A stretch of 63,076 bases of DNA, the filler included, from Folioceros fuciformis (lineage: Eukaryota): assembly GCA_049999805.1 (NCBI GenBank). It is 5 parts of 4 records of this genome, joined end to end, with 100 filler letters (N's around TTAATTAATTAA, not from the genome) between each part and the next. Parts side by side here need not be neighbours in the genome. Positions count along the whole stretch, not along the records: positions 24,306 to 46,578 come from JBNGIO010006094.1; 4 more parts are not named here. The stretch is one strand, 5' to 3'. How positions within the stretch are numbered: position 1 is the first letter of the stretch; each line of letters starts with the position of its first letter. The notes beneath the pieces are model-generated. The model worked only from the letters and a program-made list of their open reading frames with translations, did not search any database and was not told where the DNA came from. Of the stretch, positions 24,492 to 36,400 are shown one piece after another. The translations under genes and the position numbers were made by a program.

Positions 24492-25144
24492 ATGCCTTGT
24501 AGAAGGGAATCCCATATATTACCTACCTCTTGTGAGGTATTTCCATGCAATCACAGAGGAGCGCATGGATTCCCCCAACACGCAATGGACCTTGGAATCA
24601 ATATCTTGATGAGTATCGTACCCAAATCCGTGCACATTGGAAGAGGCAAGCACAAGAACAAAGACAATATTGCAATCAGCTGAGAGATTGCAAAGGGGAG
24701 TCATCATGCTCTCATCCTGCTGAAAATTCTAGATTACAGTCGAATTCTAGACTTATGAGAACTCGAAGGGATTCATCCATTTATGACACTTTGCAAAATT
24801 CCNNNNNNNNNNNNNNNNNNNNNNNNNNNNNNNNNNNNNNNNNNNNNNNNNNNNNNNNNNNNNNNNNNNNNNNNNNNNNNNNNNNNNNNNNNNNNNNNNN
24901 NNGATTAATTATCACTATGGCAGACTTGATGTTTGAATTTCTCAATTGATTGCAAGAGAAGATCTCTTTCTTACATGACATGGAGAAGAGATTGCAACAT
25001 GACATGAATCAATGCAGCAAGGATATCAGTGATGGTGTGTCTGCTACTCAGCACTTAATCCAATTGTTTATTCAACATTCAGATGTGAAGAAATTACAAA
25101 AATTGGGCCAATCAAGACAGAGCCTTGAAGAGATTGCTCTATAA
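24492..25144 (+). pseudogene. Second copy of copia ORF0 (frameshift, gap, stop)
   Basis: tgcaATGCCT start 28 nt after the PBS; WIPPTRNGPWNQYLDEYRTQIRAHWKRQAQEQRQ and LHDMEKRLQH. Confidence 0.7.
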
Positions 25145-25446
25145 CTTCCGCTATGCGCAGAAGGGGGGGACATTTCAGTGGTGCGTAGTGCTTGGGCGCT
25201 CACTACTGTCATGCTGGAGCAAGGGATTGACTGATTTTGCTGAGATCTGAAGCAATTCATTCAATTTCTTCCTTGCTGCCAATTGGTAGTTAAAACGGTT
25301 ATTTGGCTCCTACCCTGCCATCAGAAAAATCCCATGAACACTTTTGTTAGTTTTTTAGGGCACGTTTTCCAGAACTTAGGATAGTTTCCTAATTAGAGCA
25401 CCTTTCACATTCATTTATACATTCACATTAGATATGAATGGTACAA

Positions 25447-26055
25447 TAGGTAGGCACCAATCCTTCACTTGGAAGGGCCCCAATACCTCCCCTACCAATC
25501 GCATTCCTACCAATCCTGCAACACGTCCCATTAGTAGGTAGGCACCATTCCTTCACTTGGAAGGGCCCCAGTACCTCCCCTACCGATTTCTACCTTCCAA
25601 TCACGTTCCTACCAATCCTACAACACATCCCGTCAGTAGGTAGGCACCATTCCTTCACTTGGAAGGGCCCTAGTACCTCCCCTACCGATTTCTACCTCCC
25701 TACACTCAATACCTTTTCCTCACAAGGCTCCCTACAACACCTTCCTCTACCCACAATCTAGCTGCTCGTCTCCCTATGCCCAGCAACCAACAAGTTTTCC
25801 TCCAAGCCTACTCCGCTCCCTCCAACTCTGTTTATTGTTTGCAGACGACATTCAACCTTTCCCAGCGCGTACCTTCAACACGTCCAGTCGGTAGGAAGGC
25901 ACCATTCCTTCACTTGGAAGGGCCCCAGTACCTTCCCCTACCGATTTCTACCTCCCTACACCCAACACCCCTTCCTCACAAGTCTGCTCACAACACCTTC
26001 CACAACAATCCAGCTGCTCATCTCCCTACGTCCAACGACCAACAAGTTTTTCCTT
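25447..26055. repeat. Four imperfect direct repeats of TAGGTAGGCACCATTCCTTCACTTGGAAGGGCCCCAGTACCTCCCCTACC
   Basis: Copies begin near 25447, 25535, 25637 and 25892. The last two share a longer downstream duplication. Confidence 0.85.
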
Positions 26056-29000
26056 GGGCCGGTTGCTACATGCTTGCGCTTGTTAGCGAGAACTCCCAGG
26101 AAGTCTTTCTCTAGAGTCTACCCTCAAGCCAACAGCCACATAGGTATTGCCACACACCTACAACAGCACACCAACCATTCACAAGGGAAGCAACTTGCAG
26201 GGGTGCCCATGGAAGAATATGAGCCCTCCGCCAAGCACTTCGACCACTGCAACTCTAGCCACAACCAGGCGCTGTGATGGCACACAGTCGGCAACAAGAT
26301 TCCTACGCTCTGCTGAGCATGAGAACTCGCCATGAGAAGAGTGCAGAATGTGGTGGTTCATTTCTTTGTGTAGCCCCTCCTTATAGGAAAGATCGACACA
26401 TGAACCCTCTCCTACAAGTAGGTGGTGGGCTACCCTTCTCTCGCCCTAGGCGCCACCAACTTTAACTGCACACACCTACTAAGAGGCTAAGTCCTACCAA
26501 TAATTGCTAGGGCAGTGCGTGCCAATGAAGATTAGGTCTGTCGGTGCCACCATAGAAGATTCGTTGACCCCCTTTTTCAAAAAGGTATGGCTAGGATGGC
26601 TCCTGAAGGGAGGCAGAGTCTGAAGGCTGAGCCACTGGGCCCCCCTCCATTATTGGGATTCGTCTTCTTTTGGATCCACGAGCTTCCACCGTACCTTCTC
26701 TGTGTGGATCTCTTGGGCTATCCCTTCACCACCACCTACAAGTTTAGTAGGGGAGGGTTCCCTTTGTTTCTCAACTTGAGGCTCCTTCCCTACGTAGGGT
26801 GGGAATGTTCCCCCCGTAGGTAGGGTACCTATTGCTCCCTTCGTAGGTAGGGTCCCTACCATTCCTTCCCCTCCTCTCGTAGGTAGGTTGCCTACCATTC
26901 CCACCCATTGTCGTAGGTAAACAGCCTGCCCCATTGCCATAGGTGGGGTGTCTACTGTATAAGTACCTTCGCTACCTACGTAGGTATCTTCCATTTTCCC
27001 ACGTAGGTACTCTCTCTACGTATGTAGGTAGACATCGTACTATGTAGGTATCTTCTTATTCTAACCTACCAGAATAGAACTAAAAAAAACTCCATAACAA
27101 CCTTCACTAGCCACTCACTACCTATTATGGGCACTTGCCCAGAAACCTACCTTCCACATGCTTCCCTTCGAACTATTCTGAACAAAAAGAAACCAAGTTA
27201 GACTTTCCTAGACCGATTACCAAACTTTTCCGTTCCACAGGAGCACAATATTACTTTACCCTTACTGATGACTACAGCAAATGTATATAGACATACCCTA
27301 TGGAGCATAAGAGTGACACCTTTCTTTTCTTTCAAGATTGGTTGCTGGTTGTTCAAAGGCAGATTGGTCGTATGTTGAAGTTGTTCCACACCGACAATGG
27401 AGGGGAATTCACGAGCTTCGCCTTTGAGCATTTCTTGGAGACACGAGGCATTATCCATCAGCTAATAGTTCTATACACGCAACAACAAAATGGCGTTGCG
27501 GAAAGAAAGAATCAGACGCTGATGGAGATGACGCAATCTATGCTTTTGTGGTCTGGATTTCCTAATCCTTTCTGGGCTGAAGCTGTAGTCACGGCTACCT
27601 ACATATTGAATCGTCTTACGTCTCATTCTGTTTCTAGTGGCACACCTTTTCAACTATTTTGGAATCGAAAGCCGAGTATTTCACACCTACGTATTTTTGC
27701 TTCTCGCACTTTCGCTCATGTGCCTGCAGAGAAAAGACGTAAGCTTGATAATCGTTCAAGACGATTGATTTTTGTAGGCTACAATGAAGTGACTAAGGGC
27801 TATAAACTTTTGGACACTGAAACAATGCAGCCGGTGGTAGCTTGGAGTGTTACCTTTATTGAGAATTTGATTCCTTTATCAGATGATTCCTCCCTTTTAC
27901 CTGGAACAAAGAAGGATCCCGTTAGTAAGGTGTATTATGAAAATTCAGGTGATTACCCAGATGATGCAGACGGTGAGTCAGATGCAGGTATTTTTTTTCC
28001 ACCTGCTTCTAATCCCGTTATCCCTCTAGCTCTTCAGCCCTTGACTTTAGCACCTGCACAACCAGTCATCCCTGCACCACCAGCTGATGCCCCACAGGAT
28101 GAAGGACCTGTAAACCTTGAAAATGAAAATCATGAAAACCCAGACAATATCGTAGACTCAGAACCTGAACTTGACAGTTCTTCTCAAGATTCTAATTCTA
28201 CTAATGAGAATGGCCCTTTACCTATCCCAGTTAATGCTCCAGAACCGATTCTTCGATCTACCCGTGTGCATCGTTCTCCATCCGAATGGATAGACCCTCG
28301 TTATACCTCCATCGACTTTCATAAGTCAGTGGGAGTTTGCACACCTGCTGTTCACAATGCCTCCTTGCCAGTCATTCCTCCTGAACCTGTCACCCTCAAA
28401 GAAGCATTTTCAGGTCTAGATAATGACAAGTGGAGACATGTAGTGGACGATGAGTTTAACAGTCTCGTACAAAATGGTACCTGGAAACTTGTTCCTCGCT
28501 CAAAGGGCCGTAAACCCATAACCTGCAAATGGGTATTTAAGCATAAATTAGATGCTAGCGACAATATAGCAAGATACAAAGCAAGTCTTTGTGCACGTGG
28601 ATTCACACAAATACTTGGTCTGGATTTTCAAGAGACTTTCTCTGTAGTGGTACGCTCTCTGACTAGTCAATTCGTCTTATGCTCGCCTTAGCTGCTGAGA
28701 GTGATCTAGAGCTGCAGCAGATGGATGTGAAGACGGCTTTCTTACATAAAATTATGGAGGAAGAACTGTATATGGAGCAGCTCGAAGGCTACGAAGACTC
28801 TGAGCATCCAGATTATGTATGTCAGCTCATTAAATGCATATACAGTCTTAAAAAAAGTGCAGAACGCTAGAATGCAAGGCTGGATACCTGTCTCAAGGGC
28901 CTGGGATTTTGCCAGAGTCCTGCTGATCCCTCTGTTTACATTTATGATGACGACACCTCATATGTTCTGCTCGTTGTTTACATTGATGATGCAATATTTG

Positions 29001-31599
29001 ATGGCAATGATACATGTCTGTAAGCAAGAGTACAAGACATGTTGCGAACTGAGTTTGAAATGACAAATGTAGGGGACCTGAAATTTTGTCTTGGTATTCA
29101 GGTGTTGAGGGTACGTGAAGAAGGCCTGATAATTATTCATCAGCGCAAGTATATTTCAGAAATCCTTCAACGTTTTAACATGGCTAATGCACATCCTGCA
29201 AATACATCTTGTGCTAGTGGAGTAAAACCGACCAAGGCTGATTGCCCTATCTCTAACCAGGACATGGCTGCTATGAAAGAAGTTCCCTACCGTCATGCAG
29301 CTGGCAGTTTGTTATTTGTGAGCAACTATACCCGGCCAGATATCACATATGCTATTAATACAGCCTCTCAATTCTTGGAATGTCCTAGTCGTAATCACTG
29401 GACTGCCATCAAACGAGTATTTCGTTACTTGAAAGGAACACATCACTATGGCTTACGCTACAGGAGGATAGGGGTAACACCTACCTTGTCAGCCTTTTCC
29501 GACACTAACTGGGCGTCCGATGGGGATACACGTAAGAGCTTATCAACATATGTATTCTTCTTACCCTCTGCAGATGTCACCTGGAGTTGTAAGAAACAAA
29601 GCAGCATAGCCCTTTCAAGTACTGAAGCTGAATACAAATGCCTTATCGATGCTGCGAAAGAAGCTGAATGGGCACATTCTTTCCTCTCCTCAGTTCACTA
29701 CGAACAGGCATCACCCACTATGCTATACTGTGATAACCAATTTGCCCTAGCCCTTTTAGAGCGTCCTAGGTTTCATGCCAGGACGAAGCACATAGAAATC
29801 GCACACCACTATGTAAGGGAAGTCAAGGCTAGGGGAATCATCAATCCTGTCCACATCCACATTGATGAAAATACTGCTGATGGTCCTCACTAAACCTTTG
29901 TCTAAACAAAAACATCAGACACACGTCGAGGGGTTAGGCCTCATAGATTTTTCTCAATACTTTACTGCATGATGACAATCTTACATGGCAGCGAGACTCA
30001 CAGGGCTCCCAACAAACCTAGCATTTCTTCTGTGAGCCTAAGTTTTGATTTCACTATATGCTTATAACTGCACAAGATACATAGACAAACACCTATCAGA
30101 CTCCATCTTCATACTCGATTTTGGACTGTCACCCTCTTGCATGTTTAGTTCAGTTTTAGTGGGAGCAGGATCAGCCAAATGTTTTCCATGTGTCCAGCGG
30201 ATGAAGCTACACACTACTCTAATCCTGTNNNNNNNNNNNNNNNNNNNNNNNNNNNNNNNNNNNNNNNNNNNNNNNNNNNNNNNNNNNNNNNNNNNNNNNN
30301 NNNNNNNNNNNNNNNNNNNNNNNNNNNNGCACCTACCTCTAGAACGATGCGCGTCTCACCTTCTTTGGCGCGTACAGTCCACAAGCCTCCAGCACCTTCA
30401 GCACTTCCCTATACTCCTCCACACTTAGCTCTCGGTCGTCGTCCCTTATCTTCACACTCGTTTCAACTTGCAGCTTGAGTTGGGCACCGCGCGCCTGTGC
30501 CTCCTCCAACAACCTGATTAGCTCCTTGCACTCCTCCTCAGCCCTGGCAAGATTGATCAACACATGCCTATGGGCCGTGGTTGACCAGATCTTCTGTGAA
30601 GCCGCAGATTTGCTGGAGTCGCGAGACTCCTCTTCTTGTTTTCTGCTCCTCTGCAGGCACCTCTGACTGGAGATTTCTTGCTTCAAAGGTTGTACCTTGT
30701 CTGCAGAGAGTTAGAGGATCTATGGTGCTGCAAGGGAGGTGTGAAGATCGCGACTTCCAGCTGCAGCAGTGACAATACGGGTTAGGTTACAGGCAGCCTC
30801 CTTATTTCGGTGCCACCTTCGCATAACGGAGAACGGATAACGGATAACGGATAACATATAACGGAACGGAGAACCTTATCCATTTGCGGATAAAGTTTAA
30901 ATAGCTTTTTTAATTTAACCCGTCGAGCTTAAGTGGGAGTGTTAGAAAAAATAACCATCGAGGGTTAATTAATCCTAGCTACTTTAGGGTTACAAACTAT
31001 TATTTGTATATAACTCCTTTTGCTCCATTATTGAAGATGCTTTTTGCCTTGTTATCAACTACTTGCCTTTGCATGCTAGTTTACTTAGCTAGGTGCATGA
31101 GGTCTATTATTTACAATGGTCATCCTTAATATTATTTGTAGAAGTTATAGCTTCATCTACTTGTTGTAGGATAGGAACTATTTGCTCATACAGCTCATGA
31201 AGAGGTGTAAATTGTAAAAGTTCAATTTCAAGAGAAACAAGATCATCACTATGGTTAGAATAAGCTGAGGGAATGGTATTGTGATCAATCATATCAAACT
31301 AAGAGATAAGAGGTAAATTGTCTTCACTCTCTTTAGTATATGTGATGACTCTATCAACAACTGCCATTGATCTAAAGTTATGTTCATTGAAAGTTACACT
31401 TCTTGCATATGATATCTTGTTCTTTGATACATCATACATTATGTGCTCGATTACCCTAGGCTACATTCACACAATAACTTCACCACCATACCAAAGCATA
31501 CCCTTTTAGGAAGTTGCCAACAATACCTAACTAGTGCTTAGGCTCAAGGCTAGATGAGGCAAGATAGCTTTCAATAGAGTAAATCTAGGAATCAATAGC

Positions 31600-32550
31600 T
31601 TATAGATCCCTTACTCTCTCATACTGATGTGGCATGACCAACTTTAGATTTGCCCTCAAGACTACTTCAAAGATATGAGAAGCACCTTGATTGTCTTCTG
31701 CATCCTCATTTCGTAGAGTTGTAGGATCAAGATCCTTCCTTGACTTTTTCTTAGACACCGTCAAATCTTGCAAAACTTCAGGCAATACTTCGGGAAGAAT
31801 TTGTTGTAACGTGACCATCATCTGTGTCTTCTAACCTTTAGATTTTTCATCGGATGGTCCTGTCGGGTTAATAAGTAGCATCTCCTCACCAGGATTCTCT
31901 TCAAGTTGTTGAGGTAGGGGATCAAGAGAAACCTCCCATATCTGCATTCTCTGGAGCTTAGCCATCTTGGAGAAATAAAACATGTTGTGATACCAACTAA
32001 GTAATGCCCCCTTCCTTATGTTGCGCAGCATAAAAGGAAGCAACAGCCCTAAATCTTGTTCATTCACTCCACAACATTCTACTTACAAATCACTTACAAA
32101 TCACTCAACTCTCTCTCATGACTCAACACTAGGCTTTGCCATCTACTAGCGACTCGTAGACCATCTCCTCTAGGTGCTGCTTTTTATTCAAGATACTTAC
32201 AAAAGAGTTTGGCGATCTATGCCCCATTGGCTACTACCCTTGACTTTGACTAACAAGGTTGCTCTTCAAGCCCTCCACAATTACCTCGCCACACTAGGAT
32301 TCTTTCCATCTACATTCGTATCTCAAGGCCTTAGCCCTAGCCTTTTTACACTCCACAACTAAGCCATTGCTAAAGTTAGAAATCTTACACACACTCATTC
32401 TATAATACTAGGAGATTTTGCTTGGAACACAAATCTTGTATCCTAAGGCAGCAAGAAGAATACTTGCTTTTTCATCAAAATAGCTCTAGATTTAACTTTA
32501 ACCTTTTCCATTTTTAACTTTCACCTTATTTCACTTATGCCATTTCAAAT
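31600..32550 (-). mobile_element. 5' LTR (~31998-32550) + PBS (31984-31995) + decayed downstream coding remnant
   Basis: Minus strand reads ...GGGGCATTACTTA GT TGGTATCACAAC. The LTR is homologous to 13823-14415. An extra partial copy lies at 32583-32715. Confidence 0.7.
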
Positions 32551-33428
32551 ACTAGTTAAAAAATGCAGTTTTATCCGCTTTGGGAGATTTTTCCTGGAAC
32601 AAAAATTTTGTATCCTAAGGCATCAAGAAGAATACTTGCTTCTTCATCCAAATAGCTCTAGATATAACATTAACCTTTTTCACTTTTAACTTTCATCTTA
32701 TTTCACTTATGCCATTTTTCTCTCTCACTAGGAAGATGTCATTCCCTTCAATGACCTCCAATATAAGTGTGAGATCATTAACCTCCATTATAATGTGAGA
32801 TCATTAGCCTGCATGATTGGCATGCTCACATTCACCTTGAAACCTTCATGTCTCCTTCCCAGCATCGGATCATGCATTGAGTTAATGGTTTGTTCCAAAA
32901 GTTGCTTTGGCAACTTGAGTTTAACAACACGACACATCTTACGCTCAAGCTTTGGCACCGAAAGTATAGACAAAGCAATCCGCTTCCCTCAAGCTATGTC
33001 CAAAAATCCTTGTTAAACAGGGTATAGAGGAAATAATAATATTTCTCCAAAACCTATGGTGCGTCAGCCTCCCATACCTTCTCACGAACGGTGTAGTGCT
33101 CGCAGTAATATTGTCTACATGTACCTGCTATATGCCCGATCGCAACAAACCTGAATAACTCTCAATTTATGATATTTGATTGAATTTATGTACCTTCTTT
33201 GCGTTGGTTTTAGATGTAGGTAGTAGGCCAAACTTGTTAATCGGGGAAGCAAGATTTTCATCCTTACCCTACGTAGCTGTCGTTGCCTGTGGATGATTAA
33301 CCTCAGAGTTGGGTTTTAAGTATTCCCCGTCTAGCATTGCGGTCTATCTGTCGCCTGCACCATCAGTAGTGCTGCTCTGCATACAAGCAACCAGTGTTTC
33401 CTCGTCTGGAGCTCTAAGGGCATTGGCT

Positions 33429-36400
33429 ATGGGCAAGTATCCGCCTGTCCTTCATCTTCTAGCGGGTTTCCCTTCACCGTCTGCGCCTTGTTCCCGCCTC
33501 ACTCGGCCGCCATCCTGAGTCATTGGCTCGCTGCTCTGGACTCCCCTCTCAGCCAGCCTTACTGCTGGCGGTGCACTAGAGCACTCCGGTACTCTTCGGG
33601 TTCCATTTGGTTCACACCGTCCTTCACCTCGGTGCTCCTCCACGACCATCACCACTCGTTCTATAATAGTCGGGCTCGACGTTTTGTGGTTGTCCACAGT
33701 TGGCCATGCTCTTCTGTTCGCCGCTCTTTGCGTGAGAACCTTGTTTTGTGGAAGTCAGTAACGTGCGGTCCATCGGGGGCACCTGCTTGTGCTCCAAGTT
33801 TTCGTAGATTTACGCCTTGCGTTTCAGGAGTGATCACGACAAATGGTTGCTTCTTGAGGTGCTCTCCTCATTTTTCACGCTCGTTCTACGCTGTATGGTT
33901 TTCATTTGGTCGTAACCTTTTCAGGCCGTTGATCCTCAGGGAGAGGAGCGGCAGGTAGCTTGCAATTGCATTTTCCTTGTTATGAAATCTTGTACCATCC
34001 AGATTGCCTGGGGACCTGATTGCATGTCGCCGACTCCAAGCGTCGATGAGGCACGAGCACATGTTTTCAAACTCGATGTTGTTCTGGCGTTGGGCAATCA
34101 GTTGATTCACGCTGGAAGTGCTGCTCAGGCGCAGGATTGTTCTGCCTCTCTGCAAGTTTTGCTCTGTAGTGTTCGACGATGTAATCTTACTTTGTTTGGT
34201 TGCCTTCCTAAGTGTTGTGCTGCAGGGTTCGACTAGTCACTCGCTCTCATCATGTTCGGATCTTCCAGCCGTAAGCACTCTAAGCTGTGGTTTCTCTGCC
34301 AAGCTCTGTTTGGAAATTGTGCAAGTCGCTAGCGCTTGAGTCGGGTTTTAGATTTCTGCTCTGCAGACCCGTGTCGTGGGTCGGGTCTAGGCTTACTATA
34401 GAAATCTGAGAAAGGTGTCTTTTTCTCCTCTGTGCCATGTGGTCTAGTTGTGGACGCGTTTGAAAAATTGTGTAGTTAACTTCCTTGTATGTGTTTATTC
34501 TGTTGCCACCTTTGAACTGGCTCGCTTAATGCTGCGGATAGTAGATGTAGTTCTGCGCTGCCTTTGGTTTGTGAATCATGTGATTTCGTTATCTTCAGAC
34601 CTTTCTTCCCTCGTTTGACAGTAAACCAAAAGTTATTTCTTGTGTTATGCTTGCATCTTGTCCCTTTAGCCGATCTTAGCCCCAGCTGCTGTGTGTTTCC
34701 TGGGCTTGGTGGGTTCCTTGCCTACTGCGATTGCGATGGCGTTTTGCTGTTTTCTTCTTAGATGTAGCTGACTTTGAATCGTTTTGCAGCCTTTGGGGCG
34801 TCTACTCCAAGTCCTTTTGGATCTGCCGCATCCAGTTCATATCCATTCGGTTCAAGCTCATCTGCAAATCCCTTTGGGGCTAGTCAAGCTCCAAATCCAT
34901 TTGGAGCAAAGCCTTTCGGTGGTACTACGTTTGGGCAGACGGGATCGATCTTTGGGAGTGGGACAGCAACTAGTGTTTTTGGAGCATCTCAGCCTGCATC
35001 GTTTGGTTCCACCACGCCCGCATTTGGTGCATCAGCATCTACACCTGCTTTCGGGAGTACAACACAGTTTGGAGGTTGGCATTCATCTACACCTGTCATC
35101 CTTGAGTCTGTAAATGCCTCACTGGTGTTCATGAATCAACTTTTGTGATGGAATGCCATTGTTTCCAGGCGCATCCGTATTTGGCCAAAAACCGCCTTCT
35201 CCATTTGGATCATTTGGACAAACTAGCCCTGCACAAGCCAATCCGTTTGGAGCTCCTAGCTTTGGACAGTCACAGTCAGCTTTTGGAGGTCAACAGTTTG
35301 GGACGGCCACACCGGCTTTTGGGGCGTCAACACCATCGTTCGGAGCTAGTACAGCTCCTGCGTTTGGTGCTAGTTCCACCCCTGCGTTTGGTGCTAGTTC
35401 CACCCCTGCGTTTGGAGCGAGCACTCCTGCATTTGGGGCAAGTTCTGCTTCAGCTTTTGGAGCCACTAGCACTCCATCTTTTGGGGCGTCCACTCCCGCA
35501 TTTGGTACCACACCTGGCTTTGGGCAGTCGGTTTCTGCATTTGGAGCATCTACAGCTCCTGCATTTGGAACTACACCAGTTTTTGGGGGCAGTTCCCCCT
35601 CTCCATTTGGTGCCCAGAGTGGATCAGCATTTGGTGAGTATGTGACATGTGTACGTATGTTGGCACCTGTTAGGAGGAGTCTACTGTTCTGTTGCACTAC
35701 GACCGAAATCTGGTCAAGTCTTGCGGGCTTTTTCTCTTCTACCGCTTTTACGGATTGAGGGTTGTGACCTCATTAGTCGTAAGCATCTCAATTGGCATGG
35801 TTGCAGGGGCAGCCTCCAGTCCAGCCTTTGGCACTGCTGGGTTTGGGGCCACCGCTTTTGCAGTGCAACGTGGTGGTAGCAGAACCACTCCATATTCGCC
35901 AACGAATGACCAACCTGACAGTGGTGTTGGCGGACAGGTGGGCAAGTTAATGTCCATCTCTGCTATGCCTGCATTTAAAAATAAGAGTGTGGAAGAGTTG
36001 AGGTGGGAGGACTATCAGGCCAAAGATAAAGGTATTTTTTTTTTCCTAAATGATCTTCTTCAAGAATGATGTTTTTTGACAATGTGTGATCATGTTTCCT
36101 CTTTTATTTACTTCACAGCCCGCCCTTTTTCAGGGGGTAGTGCTGTTCATGCAGCTTCTACAGGAAATATATTTGGGCAGCCACAGTCCTCAGCACCAGC
36201 AAGCCCATTTGCAGGAAATATGTCCTTTGGACAGCCTCAAACGCCAAACCCGTTTGCTGGTTCCACCACATCTGGTCTGTTTACCCAGACTAAACCGGCT
36301 TTTGGAGCTTCTACGAGTCCTACATTCGGATCAGGGGGTGGGTCGTTTGGAGTTGCTTTTGGACCACCTTCTGTTCCGTTTGGATCGCAGCCTTCAGCTC

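Larger units (their letters stand above)
24306..31115 (+). mobile_element. Two-LTR Ty1/copia element: 5' LTR (to 24451), PBS 24452-24463, ORF0, foreign insert, degenerate pol ~27220-29972, PPT, 3' LTR 30940-31115
   Basis: The LTR copies match over 146 bp with 4 transitions. PBS TAGTATCAGAGC, PPT AAGTGGGAG, pol motifs HTDNGGEF, QMDVKTAFLH, YIDD, RTKHIEIAHH with stops and frameshifts. Confidence 0.9.
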
